DNA of 63,247 bases, filler included, from a bacterium (GCA_026985515.1; 11 parts of 11 records of this genome joined end to end with filler, not necessarily neighbours in it), one strand, 5' to 3'; numbered from the whole stretch's first letter, positions 20,258 through 32,039 are shown. The notes: generated from the letters alone by a model not told the origin. A program made the numbers and translations.

Positions 20258-20357
20258 NNNNNNNNNNNNNNNNNNNNNNNNNNNNNNNNNNNNNNNNNNN
20301 NTTAATTAATTAANNNNNNNNNNNNNNNNNNNNNNNNNNNNNNNNNNNNNNNNNNNN

Positions 20358-20590
20358 TAAATAAAGAGAAGTTACTGAAACTTCTGCAGGATCCAGCAAA
20401 GAAAGAAGAACTGAAAAAAATCAGGAGAAATTCTACAAGAGCGGGTTGTGGATGTTATGAAAGTAAAGACGTTGGAATGTACAACACCTGTCTTTTCGGG
20501 TGTGTCTACTGTTACGCCACTTCAAGCAGAGAAAGTGCTCTGAAAAATTACCGCAGACACAATCCTGAATCACCCACTCTTATTCCTTAA
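20358..20590 (+). CDS. DUF1848-family protein, C-terminal fragment
   Basis: Manual translation RAGCGCYESKDVGMYNTCLFGCVYCYA...HNPESPTL*; C-terminal CxxxCxxC pattern typical of DUF1848. Confidence 0.85.
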
Positions 20591-20776
20591 AAGAAAAATT
20601 TTCCACAGGGAAAGTAGAGACAGGATAGTTTGTTCCTGGATGATACACACCTTTGTCAAGTCAGTCATTTAACCCGCTTCCAGTTTTTTCTTCCGGTGTC
20701 ACCAATCATACTCTGTTCTTTCCAGAACCAACAAAGACGGGAGATTGCCCGAATAAAATCATCCAGTAAAATAAAA

Positions 20777-22795
20777 ATGATGGGTGAATTCAAACTGCAC
20801 ACACGATTTCAGCCCACAGGTGATCAGCCGCAGGCCATCGAGAAGTTAGTTGAAGGCATCAAAAAGGGATACAGGTTTCAGACTCTTCTCGGAGTTACTG
20901 GCTCAGGGAAAACCTTTACAATGGCAAATGTGATTGCCAGAGTTAACAAACCCACTCTGATTATTGCACCCAATAAAGTCCTTGCAGCTCAGCTTTACAA
21001 CGAATTCAAACAGTTATTTCCCGAAAATGCTGTTGAGTACTTTGTGAGCTACTATGATTATTATCAGCCAGAGGCATACATACCAGACAGAGACCTCTAC
21101 ATTGAAAAAGATTCTTCCATCAACGAGCAGATTGACAGGATGAGACACTCCGCCACAAGAGCGCTTATTGAAAGAAAAGATGTCATAATCGTTGCCACAG
21201 TCTCGTGTATTTATGGAATTGGAAGCAGAGAGTACTACGAGAGAATGATTTTCATAATTACAAAGGGAGAAATAATTCCAAGGGAAAAGATCCTGAGGAG
21301 ACTTGCAGAACTGCAGTATGAAAGAAAGGACATTGACTTTCACAGAGGAACTTTCCGTGTAAGGGGAGACATAATAGACATCTTTCCTCCCTATTCTGAA
21401 GATCTTGCAGTAAGAATAGAAATGTTCGGCAACACTGTTGATAGAATCTATGAATTTGACCCTCTCACAGGTCACAAAACAAGGGAAATGGATCGGGCAG
21501 CCATATATCCTGCAACTCACTGGATAACCCCAGAAGAACTCTTGAAGCTTGCAATCAAAGATATTAAAGATGAACTGCAGGAGAGACTTCAGTACTTTCG
21601 AAGTCAGGGAAGATTACTTGAAGCGCAGAGACTTGAAATGAGAACAATGAACGACCTTGAACTTCTTGAATCAATGGGATACTGCCCTGGCATTGAAAAT
21701 TACTCCCGCCATCTATCAAGGAGAAAACCCGGAGAACCACCCACCACAATAATAGATTTCTTCCCGAAAGATTACCTTCTTATTATAGATGAAAGTCATC
21801 TGACCATACCCCAGCTTCACAGCATGTACGAGGGTGACAGATCAAGGAAAATGAATCTTGTTGAGTATGGTTTCAGGCTTCCATCTGCTCTGGACAACAG
21901 GCCTTTGAAATTTGAAGAATTTGAGAAAAAAATAAATCAGGCAATATTTGTATCAGCAACACCGGGAAAGTATGAGCTTGAAGTGAGCAGTCAGGTGGTG
22001 GAGCAAATAATAAGACCCACAGGGCTTGTGGATCCTGAAGTTGAGGTGAGACCCGCTGCGACTCAGGTTGATGAACTTCTCAAGGAAATCAGAGAAAGGG
22101 TGACCAGAGGAGAAAGAGTTCTTGTCACAACCCTGACCCAGAGATCTGCGGAAGAACTTTCAGAATATCTGAGAGAACAGGGAATTAAAGCCACCTATCT
22201 GCATGCCCAGATAAACACTCTGGAAAGAGTAAAGATAATTCGGGAATTCAGAAGGGGCACATACGATGTCATAGTGGGAGTTAACCTGCTTCGAGAGGGG
22301 CTTGATCTGCCAGAAGTTTCTCTTGTTGCGATTCTTGATGCAGATAGAGAGGGATTTCTCAGAGGAGAAACCGCTCTGATCCAGACCTTTGGTAGAGCAG
22401 CTCGAAATGCACGGGGTACAGTCATCCTCTTTGCAGATAAGATAACTACTGCAATGGAGAAGGCTATCCGGGAAACAGAGAGGAGAAGGAAGAAACAGAT
22501 TGAATACAACGAAAAACACGGCATAGTTCCCAGAACAATAAAAAAACCACTCACCGATGCTTTTGAAGAACTTGAAACAGCAGCCTATGACTATGTTGAA
22601 CTGGACAGCATGGTTACTGTAGCTGAAGAGGAAGAAAAATACACATCACCTGAAGAAATTGAAAAAGAGATCCAGAAGCTTGAAAAAGAAATGAAAAAAT
22701 ATGCCTCAGAATGGAAATTTGAAAAGGCTATAGAAATCAGGGAAAAAATTAAAACTCTGAAAGAACTCCTCTCACAACTTGTGGATTTGACCTGA
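20777..22795 (+). CDS. uvrB: Excinuclease ABC subunit B
   Basis: [58 protein letters not shown] and C-terminal UVR domain; start at 20777 or 20780 rather than 20630. Confidence 0.98.
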   Translation: MMGEFKLHTRFQPTGDQPQAIEKLVEGIKKGYRFQTLLGVTGSGKTFTMANVIARVNKPTLIIAPNKVLAAQLYNEFKQLFPENAVEYFVSYYDYYQPEAYIPDRDLYIEKDSSINEQIDRMRHSATRALIERKDVIIVATVSCIYGIGSREYYERMIFIITKGEIIPREKILRRLAELQYERKDIDFHRGTFRVRGDIIDIFPPYSEDLAVRIEMFGNTVDRIYEFDPLTGHKTREMDRAAIYPATHWITPEELLKLAIKDIKDELQERLQYFRSQGRLLEAQRLEMRTMNDLELLESMGYCPGIENYSRHLSRRKPGEPPTTIIDFFPKDYLLIIDESHLTIPQLHSMYEGDRSRKMNLVEYGFRLPSALDNRPLKFEEFEKKINQAIFVSATPGKYELEVSSQVVEQIIRPTGLVDPEVEVRPAATQVDELLKEIRERVTRGERVLVTTLTQRSAEELSEYLREQGIKATYLHAQINTLERVKIIREFRRGTYDVIVGVNLLREGLDLPEVSLVAILDADREGFLRGETALIQTFGRAARNARGTVILFADKITTAMEKAIRETERRRKKQIEYNEKHGIVPRTIKKPLTDAFEELETAAYDYVELDSMVTVAEEEEKYTSPEEIEKEIQKLEKEMKKYASEWKFEKAIEIREKIKTLKELLSQLVDLT

Positions 22796-22899
22796 GGAAN
22801 NNNNNNNNNNNNNNNNNNNNNNNNNNNNNNNNNNNNNNNNNNNTTAATTAATTAANNNNNNNNNNNNNNNNNNNNNNNNNNNNNNNNNNNNNNNNNNNN

Positions 22900-24220
22900 C
22901 AATACCGATTTTTCCAATATCGTGGAGGATTGCCGCAAGCTTGAGGGTAAATTTCTCTTTTTCGCTCAAACCCATATACTCAGCAATGGCAAGTGAAAAT
23001 TCTGTAACCCTCTTGGTGTGACCTCCTGTATAGGGATCCCTTTTTTCAATTGCTTCTGCCAGAGCTTCAGCAGTTGCAATGAATGTTTCTCTGATCTCTT
23101 CATACAGCCTTGCGTTCTCAATAGCAATTGCTACCTGATTAGCCAGAGCTTCAAATAATTCAAGATCCTCCTCTGTGTATTTTTCATCGTTCAGTTTATT
23201 AATTGCCTGAAGCACCCCTATGACCTTTCCCCCCTTCAATTTCACAGGCACACAGATCATATTTTTAGTTACAAACTGGGATTTTTTATCCGCTTCTCTG
23301 AAAAATCTTGGATCCTTCTGTGCGTCCTGAACTATTACTGGCTGTCCCGTCTGAGCAACCCACCCCGCAATACCCTGACCCATTTTCAATCTAATCTCCT
23401 TTACTTTTTCTCCCTTATCACCAAGAGCAACCTCAAAGTAAAGCTCGTTTGTTTTTTCATCAACAAGAAGAAGGGAACCCACTTCCGTGTTCATGAGTTT
23501 TGTTGCCGCCTCAATGGCCTTTTTCCTCACCGCCTTAGCATCAAGGGTGGAGTTAATTATTCCTCCAATCTCCAGAAGGGTTTTAAATTGCTCTGCCTTT
23601 CGTCTGGACTCAATAATGGAGCGCATATTTTGAATTAAAATCGCAAGATGTCTGGCCATAAGGGTCAGAACTTCAAGATCTCCCTTTGTAAAAGCCTCTC
23701 CATTTTCCTTGTTTATGAGTTCTATGGCTCCAAATACATCTTCACCAACTTCTATGGGTACACAGATAATATTTTCAGTTTTGAGAGTCAAATCTCTGGT
23801 AAACTCACCAAACCAGAAGGGATCATCCTTCACATTCAGGGAAATATAGGGAGAACGTTTCCTAACCACCCATCCAGCTATTCCCTTATCAATGGGGATT
23901 CGCTTTCCCCTCAGCTTTTCAGCATCAGGTCCAATAACAACTTCGAAAATCAGCTCATCCCGTGTGGGAGTTAACAGAAATATTGTCCCCGCCTCAGCCC
24001 CCAGAATACCCTTAATACGCTGGAGACTATCCTCCATAACTCTGTAAAATGAGGACTCATCGCCACTGAACTTCCCTATCTCACGGAAAACACCAATTTC
24101 AGCTTCCAGTAAACGGATTCTGTTCTGTAACTCAGCATTTCTCAGTTCGGCATTCAGGAGAGCCCTCTGTAACTTTTCTACCTCCCCATTACAGGGTGAT
24201 CTATCATTACCGGGATTCAT
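22900..24220 (-). CDS. GAF-GAF-HD(-GYP) phosphodiesterase (3' truncated)
   Basis: Coiled coil, two GAF repeats (GIAGWV, ICVP, INK, F/Y-T-x-x-DLE), then RDPYTGGHTKRV and LHDIGKIG. Confidence 0.9.
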
Positions 24221-24232
24221 ACCAAAGCCACT

Positions 24233-25334
24233 TTACTTTGTCTTCATTGTGTATACCCCATCCCACTCAGAAGGAGGATTTACAATCAGATCCCTGCATC
24301 TTTCAACAAAAACCTTTGATGGCGGATCATCTTTAATTTCAAGTACCATCTCGAAGTATTTCAAAGCTCTTTCAAATCCCCCTCTCCTGTACTCTTCCAA
24401 TCCCTTTTCAAAGAGTTCCTTCACCCTTCTCTGAACATCATCTATTTTATCAGAAAAATCAATCAACTCAAAAATTCTGACAGGTTTTTTCTTTCCCTTT
24501 ACCCTGACATAGTCCAGTTCTCTGTAGAAAAACTCCTCTCTTTCAATCATCATATAGGTGAATTCGCTGATTATTATGGTTGTCCCGTAAACCTTATTCG
24601 TACCCTCCAGCCGGGATGCAAGATTAACATTATCCCCCATGACTGTATAATCAAATCGAGATTGTGACCCCATATTTCCCACCGCCACCTCTCCAGAATT
24701 GATACCAATTCCGATTCTGATCTCTGGCCATCCCTTTTTCTGCCATTCCCTGTTCAGTTCAGCGAGCTTGTGCTTCATTTCAATCGCTGCACGGCAGGCT
24801 CTACTGGCATGATCCTTCTGCTCCAGAGGTGCACCAAAAAAAGCCATTATGGCATCTCCAATGAACTTATCAAGTGTTCCCTCATGTTTAAGAACAATGT
24901 CGGTCATGGGGGTCAGGTAAGAATTAAGAAGGGTAACAAGCTCTGTCGGGGAGAGTGACTCAGAAATAGATGTAAAGCCCCTTATGTCGCTGAACATAAC
25001 AGTAACAACTCTTCTTTCTCCTCCAAGCTTCAGTTTGGAAGGGTCTTTTAAAATCTCATTCACAACATGATGACTGACATACTGCTGAAAAGCATTCTTA
25101 ATTTCTTTCTTGCTTTTCTCTTCCGTCAGGTACTTGAAAATTACAACTCCCACGAAGACAAAAAGTATCGTCATATCGGGATAAAGTGAACTTACCCATA
25201 ACCTCTGAGATTCAAATACCCATTGAGCAAAAATGTTGTATCCAGCAAAAACAACAATGGTTACAATGAGATTCATCAGTGCAGATAGAGGAGAAAGAAT
25301 TATCCCGAGCAAAAGACCCAGGAATAAAACTATG
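24233..25334 (-). CDS. Membrane-bound class III adenylate cyclase, probably CHASE2-type (5' truncated)
   Basis: TM helices, then FSDIRGFT, DKFIGDAIMA, GNMGS-x-x-RFDYTVMGDNVNLASRLE and VKGK; the K and D specificity residues indicate ATP. Confidence 0.92.
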
Positions 25335-25434
25335 NNNNNNNNNNNNNNNNNNNNNNNNNNNNNNNNNNNNNNNNNNNNTTAATTAATTAANNNNNNNNNN
25401 NNNNNNNNNNNNNNNNNNNNNNNNNNNNNNNNNN

Positions 25435-26742
25435 ACTCCCATCTCCTCCCATCAGATTCAATACATAAGGATTATTACCCCATTTAAAATACATTGTTCC
25501 ACCTTCTGGAATAAATTCCTGACTATTGAAATGAAGTTTAAAACCACCAATAGGGCAATTTATCTCATTGTTTTCATTTATATAGCATAAATCCTTTTCA
25601 GAAAAACTTTTATCCGTATAAATCCACAATAATTTTTTGACCCTGTCCTTTAAAGAGACCGTGGTTACAGGGCTAAAATAGAGATCAAGAAAAGTTACAT
25701 ATTGCCTAGAGGAACCGGTAACATAATAAAAATAAAAACTTATTCCAATCCAGTTATCCTTAAGCATATTGATTCTTGGAGCGATATCAATTACTCTTGT
25801 TGCTAAAACCTCAGTGGTAAGACTCAGTTGCCTACTCCCATTTTTTTGAACAGCGGTATATTTCATCAAATTTCCATATTTATCCAGTACAAGCACATTC
25901 AGAGTTCTTTCATCTTTTCCGTGAAATAAGAGAGGGTAAGCCTTTACAATTTTTCTTTCATAAAGGGAAAAGCTCAGTTTCTTATCAACCACGCACTTCC
26001 ATTTTTCCAATTTATTCTGATAACAATACCCTATTACTAACCGGGGAGTGGAGGAAGTTTCAGAAATACTATCAGGGAAATAGGTATAAGAAAAATCAGA
26101 AACATTTGTAAACTCTGTAACTCCATCAGTGGCAAAATACTCAGATATCCCCTCAGGAGAGGCTAAATTGGCCTCCCTGGTGGCTATATCCCAACCTCCA
26201 AGAGTTTCATTTTCTTCATAGTCGGTAATAAGGGAAGGATAAAGAAAACCCCACATTATTAATTCAGGTTTTAAAGGAGTGAAAAAAGTCAGCGGTGTGG
26301 AGCAAACATAAGTTAATTTCCCATTAGTTTCAATATAATATGCAAGCGTATAGGTTTTCCCTGCCGTGATTGGTACAGTTTTCGTTACAGGAGGAGAAAA
26401 CCTGCTAAATTCTCCAAAATATATATACCTGTAGTACTGCTGGCTATCCAGAGATTTCTTAGAAGTAATTCCTTCTAAAACTTCTCTGTACACATAGTCT
26501 GAATCAAATAAAATAACGATGAATTTTTCAGCACCTGGATAGTTTTTACTATCATGAGGAGAAAATGTAAGTTCCAATTTTCCCAAACGTCTATCAAAGG
26601 AATATGAAACTGGAAACCTGTAAAAACAGTCGGGCTCTTTATCATAAAACAAGTGCTTATATGATCGGTTTTTATGAGAACATCCAGCACTCACAAAGAT
26701 CATCAAAAATATTACTATAGATATCCAATATCTTTTCTTCAT
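25435..26742 (-). CDS. Hypothetical lipoprotein, paralog of 26838-28412 (3' truncated)
   Basis: AGGAGG RBS, SAGC lipobox, sequence blocks shared with the upstream lipoprotein. Confidence 0.7.
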
Positions 26743-26751
26743 AATATCCTC

Positions 26752-26820
26752 CTATTTCTTTACATGCACCATTAAGACTTTTTCCTGAGGATCATAATCA
26801 AATTTCTGAAACCGATCTAT
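26752..26820 (-). pseudogene. Orphan C-terminal remnant homologous to the end of the 1203-aa lipoprotein
   Basis: Manual translation IDRFQKFDYDPQEKVLMVHVKK* vs ...KEFVFDYDEDNDVLKIKVVK*; 8 of the last 16 residues identical, ungapped to the stop. Confidence 0.65.
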
Positions 26821-26837
26821 CTAATATCATTACTTCA

Positions 26838-28412
26838 TTACTCCTTTGAAACCTCAAAGTAATAATGTCCAGCTCTTGTGACTGGAGAATAATACCTTAC
26901 TTCAGGAGAGATATCAGAAAAAGCAAGTAACCCAAGCTCCCCGGTAAACTCATATACATCAGTATCGTACACCTTTTTAAAATACTTGCCTCCATATCCT
27001 ACACTAACAAATTTAACAACTCCTGGTTCCACAACAATATATATCCTGTAAGGAAATTTCCGAATCAATGAAAAATCTGTGATTTTACGAAAGCCGCCCC
27101 TTCCCCAGAAACTTATCACCAAAGGATTATCAGAAAGATTCCAGAACATGAACTTACCATTGTCAAACAAGAGATAAAGAAAAGGTCTCAAATGACCTGA
27201 AAGATCCCTGAAAACTGCTCCTTTAACAATATCAGCAGAAAACTCTGCCACAACTTCTCCATTATGTTTGAGAACCCTCCCATCTGTAACATACCACAAA
27301 TCGTATCTGTAAGGAATAATTTCTGGACAGTATCCCTCATCACCTATTTCAAAATAAGGTTCACTCACATCATCAAGAATTAAAGAAACATTATCCTCTT
27401 TAAACAGAAGCTTAACTCTTTTCTCGCGAATATCATAAAAATTTAAATAATCATTATCCAGACCTGTAATAAAATAAGGGAAAAGGTAATAACTAAAAAA
27501 CTGTTCGGTACCGATACGATTTAATTGAATGTATTTCACTTGAGAAGCAATAAACTCTTTTTGAATTACAGTTGATGATGTATTTTCATAATAACTATAT
27601 TCCCACAGATTGCTGTCCGTATCAATAACAAAAAATTTTATGGTATTAAACCGGGAAAAGTATACAAAACGCGTCTCTACCAGAGAGAAATCAAAATCCT
27701 TAACACTGGTGGTAACCTCAAAGGAAAACTTCTCCATACGCCAGAAGTTATACCTCTCACATTTTAAATCTATTCCTGAGACATAACAAGAAATTGAATC
27801 ATAATCAAGATTTTCGTTACAAACCTGGAATAAAGATAATTTCTTCGGTTCACACCCCAAACTATCCTTGATATTAAACCAATCCCAAGATGAGAGATCC
27901 CAGGGTAAGTTCAATATCAAAGAAAAACCACAATCACTTCTCTGAAAACCCTGAAAAAAACAGTTTCCATTGGGGAAAAACATCTTTTTCACCAGAACAT
28001 TTCCCAGTATCTGATAATCCTCAAAATCTGGTTTCTTTCTTGGAGAATACTCAGACTCTTCAATTTCAAAAATTGAATCAGGCGACACAGGGATTGTAAA
28101 GCCATTTTTATAATGCTGATAAAACTCCCTGTTAACAATAAGCTTTGTCAGTTCTTTATACTGGATTTCTGAATGCCTCAAATCACCCTCAAACTCGTTT
28201 ACCTTTGCCGTATTAATCAGATAAACTCTTCCATTGTCACCATAGTCCCAGTGCAATTTTTCTTTAAATTCTCCGCTTATGTATCCCGGATAAGCTCTAA
28301 AAGTTACCAGATCAACAGGGGGAAATTTACCCGGTTTCTCTCTTTTCTCTTCACAAGAAACTGCTATAAATATCACTACTGTAACCGCCAGGACTTTCAA
28401 AACTCTTACCAT
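26838..28412 (-). CDS. Hypothetical lipoprotein, beta-rich (possibly propeller-like C-terminal half)
   Basis: AVSC lipobox; starts 2 nt after the stop of the 1203-aa gene. Confidence 0.7.
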   Translation of the reverse strand: MVRVLKVLAVTVVIFIAVSCEEKREKPGKFPPVDLVTFRAYPGYISGEFKEKLHWDYGDNGRVYLINTAKVNEFEGDLRHSEIQYKELTKLIVNREFYQHYKNGFTIPVSPDSIFEIEESEYSPRKKPDFEDYQILGNVLVKKMFFPNGNCFFQGFQRSDCGFSLILNLPWDLSSWDWFNIKDSLGCEPKKLSLFQVCNENLDYDSISCYVSGIDLKCERYNFWRMEKFSFEVTTSVKDFDFSLVETRFVYFSRFNTIKFFVIDTDSNLWEYSYYENTSSTVIQKEFIASQVKYIQLNRIGTEQFFSYYLFPYFITGLDNDYLNFYDIREKRVKLLFKEDNVSLILDDVSEPYFEIGDEGYCPEIIPYRYDLWYVTDGRVLKHNGEVVAEFSADIVKGAVFRDLSGHLRPFLYLLFDNGKFMFWNLSDNPLVISFWGRGGFRKITDFSLIRKFPYRIYIVVEPGVVKFVSVGYGGKYFKKVYDTDVYEFTGELGLLAFSDISPEVRYYSPVTRAGHYYFEVSKE

Positions 28413-28414
28413 TT

Positions 28415-31400
28415 CTACTTCACCACTTTAATTTTCAATACATCATTATCTTCATCATAATCAAAAACAAACTCCTTTAACTCAGTAACAACCGGAATAT
28501 TTTTTAATATTGCACCCAATCTTTTATAATTCATATCTGTCAGAGATGAAATTCCTTCACTTAAACCCGACGCTCCAGTAGATTGAAAAACAGCAGGAAG
28601 CATCAGATAATAAAATGAAGTAAAAGGGCTAAATACTGCCCACCAGTGACTCTTAAGATCAACTTCTCCAAGTGTAGATTCATAGACATTAAGAGTATCA
28701 AAATTATACTTGAAATACCTTATTCCCCGTCCTCCTCCGTCAATTTTACCATCTGCAAAAGGAATAAGATAAACTTCATACAAGCCAGGCTTGTCCTTCA
28801 TAGGCCTGACATAGGGGATCAAACTTAAATCAAAATCAACAATAATTTTAGGTAGATGCTCAGTATCTATTTTTGCGGTAAGACTTACGCTATTTAAATT
28901 AATACCGAAAAAGTCCGTAGGTACTTTTTTGGCGGTGACATAGAAAGTACCAGAAATTTCAAGTCCAACTGCCAGATTAACCCTGACAGCTGTCAAATCC
29001 CAACTTTCAGGAAAGTTTTTGACATTTGTCAATGTTGTTTCTCTGTACGAAGATCCAGGAGGTGGTGTTACAAATATTGGCTGATCATGAGGCTTAATAT
29101 AACTACTGATCATATGATTAAAAAAGTCGTCTATTTGTATTTCCTCTTCATATGTTGTTGTGTTGTAGGATACACCCACAGAATACAATGACATATCACT
29201 TTCAGAGAAGAAGCAAAAATAACTTGGGCCATAGTAATATTCACCACAATGCTCCATCAAACATGTACAATTAAAGTAATCTGTATCATGATAGGCCCCT
29301 TTATATTTATCCACATCACACTGATTTACTTTCATCCTTTTTATATCAAAGATCGTGACCTTATTGCCAAACTTTCCAGGAATAATGTTTTCCATCAGAT
29401 TGTTCCATCTATAGGCTAACATATCTTCTTTTTTAACATGAACCCTGAATATCCCGCCTATTATGCTTTTATCTGGATCACCATACCATAACGAAAAAGA
29501 ATCATCAGCAAGCTTACCTCCGATATCCGAATCTAAGAATTCTTTATCCTTAAGCCCACTACTAAATTCAACTTTAGGTATAAATATTCCAATCCTATAT
29601 GATGGAATTCTTAAACGCATGCTCTGGGGTTCATTTTCGCAATAACCTCTTCTGTTAATGTCTATTTCATTAAAGGTAATAGTATCTTCTGCATCCATCG
29701 TGTTATTCCTTTCAATGCTTGTATTAATCCCTATCTCCGATCCTGTTTCTTTTATAAACTCATATATTTCCTCTGTCAGGTATCTAAAAAAGGATTTATA
29801 TTCATCTTTTTTATCCTTTTCATCTAAACTTTGTTTATGCCATTTTTCTAAACTGTCTTTTCTTGGAGCAAATACGAATTTCTTTTTCCAGATTTTAAGA
29901 AATGTATTCAGGAGCTTCGCACCTATTAATTCACTTACAAAAGTATAAAAATCACCTTCTTCTATTTTTTGTGTCTCATATGATTGACCATCATAACCAG
30001 TATACTTTTCCCCTCCAATAACTGAAAACGGTTTGTGAGAAACAATTATTCTGCTCTCATATCCTTTTTTAATCTTCTCCTTATGAAATGGAAACAACAA
30101 AAAACATCCTAACTTAGCACCATCAATATATTCGAAAATCTCCCTTAACCTTTTGGTACTTCCTCCATCACAAGTTGATCCTGAACGATCTGGAGCCAAG
30201 CAAATTGTGGGATCATTAGATTTAAAATTACTCAAATATAATTCTACCTTATTCTCTTTTCTTTCATACCTCACCACCACCATATCACTCACAGTATCAC
30301 TCCCATTATTCCCCAGAAATGTACCAGGATCCCACTTACCATTTTTAAATCCATTATCATTGAACCACTCTATCCTCTCCTGATTGAGATCTCTGGTGCG
30401 CTTTATCACCACAAGATAATATCCATCCTCCGGAAAATCAAGTTTAAACCAGGCTCCTTTCCTATCATCAGGCAACTCTTCATCTGGATTCTTAAACTCA
30501 AGTTCCGCCCTGGTAAACTTAAATGTCCTCCACTCCATCTTACTATCTGGATCTGGAGTAAACAATTCCACCCTCGAATCAGGGAAAAGAGTCAACTTTT
30601 CCAGCATAGACTCCGATAAAATATCCTTTATTTTAACTGATTCCTCTTTCAATTTCCTTATCCCAACAACATAATAGTCACACACATCAATATCTTTTTT
30701 TTCACATTCAGAAGGAATGTTACCCACTTCAAATGTTATCTGACCGTCATAGCTGTCTATCATGGGCAATAATTCAAAATTGTTCGCATTAACCAGCACA
30801 AACCCCTCAAAGTTATTGAGATAACTACGTTTATATACTACTGCAGAGCTCCTTTTTATGTCAAATTCCTTCGTTGCTGACGAAGAACATCTCAAATTGG
30901 TGCATCCATTGAGCAATCTGCCATCATCATCCTGAGTTATGGGAATCATCTCATCAAAAAGAGATAAAGCATCTGTACCACCAATTAAATAAATTTTCGT
31001 TCCCTCATCATCACTTCCCATAGAAGGAGTATCATCTATAGGAAACAGGGATGAAAACCTTCTCCCCCAATAAACATTGTACAAATACCATATACTGGTA
31101 TTGTACTGACCTGCCACAGAGCCTCCCCAGAATCTTGTTGACGCCGGATATATTTTTTGATTGGTGCTTCCATATCTTCTTACCTTTCCATTCTGACCAT
31201 CTACAAGGAGAGAAGTCAACCACATATTTCTATTAAACAGGAAAGTGTAACTCCAGTATGGATATATGTGTCTTCCTTGAGAATCTTTGGGTAAATCAGA
31301 AATTGAATCGGTAAGAAGATACAATGTCTTCTTGGGGGTACCTATGTCAACAGTCCCTTTAAACATAAACGCAAATCCGAGTCCTTTATAATCATCACTC

Positions 31401-32026
31401 ACACGGGAACCCATATCCCAGAGCTCTTTATCAAGTTTTATTAAAATCTTTCCCGGTGAGGATTTTAAAAGTTTGTCCACATCAAGATATATTGTTAACT
31501 TCATATCATCTTTATCTCCCTCAACTTTGTACCCAACATCCTCATATTCTTTCCTTCCATTTTCCTCTACCTCCATAAGAACAAACACATTCTTATTCAA
31601 CTCAGCCTTCTCCTTTAAAGGAGAAGTAAGATGGACTTCTATTTTATACATGTTATAAATTAAAGCCTTTAAAAAATTCTTCAAAGCCTCGCTCACTCCA
31701 CTAACTGCTCTGTTTATCATATCCTGGAAACTACCAAGAGGATCATTATCAAGCAGGGAAGCCTTACCTACACTGGCACCTTTAATGGAAGTTCCTTGTC
31801 TGCTCAAGTCATTGAAAAAAGCAAGCCTTGTCCCTGGTGGGGGTGTAATATAGTTGATATTAAGATCGCTCATATTATCAACATCCCAGTTTATACCACT
31901 TACGTAACCCAACCACAGATAATGTTTATCTGGGACCTCTTCTTCCTCATCTGAACATGAGACAATTAAAACAAAAAGTGTTATAACAACAAATATAATA
32001 TACCATTTACTCCTGAATTTCTTCAT
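28415..32026 (-). CDS. Large (1203 aa) hypothetical lipoprotein
   Basis: IVSC lipobox followed by an acidic tether; Ig-like and paired-Cys segments; no catalytic motif recognised. Confidence 0.75.
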   Translation of the reverse strand: MKKFRSKWYIIFVVITLFVLIVSCSDEEEEVPDKHYLWLGYVSGINWDVDNMSDLNINYITPPPGTRLAFFNDLSRQGTSIKGASVGKASLLDNDPLGSFQDMINRAVSGVSEALKNFLKALIYNMYKIEVHLTSPLKEKAELNKNVFVLMEVEENGRKEYEDVGYKVEGDKDDMKLTIYLDVDKLLKSSPGKILIKLDKELWDMGSRVSDDYKGLGFAFMFKGTVDIGTPKKTLYLLTDSISDLPKDSQGRHIYPYWSYTFLFNRNMWLTSLLVDGQNGKVRRYGSTNQKIYPASTRFWGGSVAGQYNTSIWYLYNVYWGRRFSSLFPIDDTPSMGSDDEGTKIYLIGGTDALSLFDEMIPITQDDDGRLLNGCTNLRCSSSATKEFDIKRSSAVVYKRSYLNNFEGFVLVNANNFELLPMIDSYDGQITFEVGNIPSECEKKDIDVCDYYVVGIRKLKEESVKIKDILSESMLEKLTLFPDSRVELFTPDPDSKMEWRTFKFTRAELEFKNPDEELPDDRKGAWFKLDFPEDGYYLVVIKRTRDLNQERIEWFNDNGFKNGKWDPGTFLGNNGSDTVSDMVVVRYERKENKVELYLSNFKSNDPTICLAPDRSGSTCDGGSTKRLREIFEYIDGAKLGCFLLFPFHKEKIKKGYESRIIVSHKPFSVIGGEKYTGYDGQSYETQKIEEGDFYTFVSELIGAKLLNTFLKIWKKKFVFAPRKDSLEKWHKQSLDEKDKKDEYKSFFRYLTEEIYEFIKETGSEIGINTSIERNNTMDAEDTITFNEIDINRRGYCENEPQSMRLRIPSYRIGIFIPKVEFSSGLKDKEFLDSDIGGKLADDSFSLWYGDPDKSIIGGIFRVHVKKEDMLAYRWNNLMENIIPGKFGNKVTIFDIKRMKVNQCDVDKYKGAYHDTDYFNCTCLMEHCGEYYYGPSYFCFFSESDMSLYSVGVSYNTTTYEEEIQIDDFFNHMISSYIKPHDQPIFVTPPPGSSYRETTLTNVKNFPESWDLTAVRVNLAVGLEISGTFYVTAKKVPTDFFGINLNSVSLTAKIDTEHLPKIIVDFDLSLIPYVRPMKDKPGLYEVYLIPFADGKIDGGGRGIRYFKYNFDTLNVYESTLGEVDLKSHWWAVFSPFTSFYYLMLPAVFQSTGASGLSEGISSLTDMNYKRLGAILKNIPVVTELKEFVFDYDEDNDVLKIKVVK

Positions 32027-32039
32027 CTTCTCACCCCCT

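Noticed and set aside
20630-20776. 49-aa N-terminal extension of UvrB in the ORF track
   Set aside because: TTG start with no homology-like content; a promoter-like element lies inside it and UvrB similarity starts at 20777/20780
28415-29100. Possible TULIP-like barrel at the C-terminus of the 1203-aa lipoprotein
   Set aside because: Only a vague strand-helix-hairpin pattern by eye; needs structure prediction before any claim
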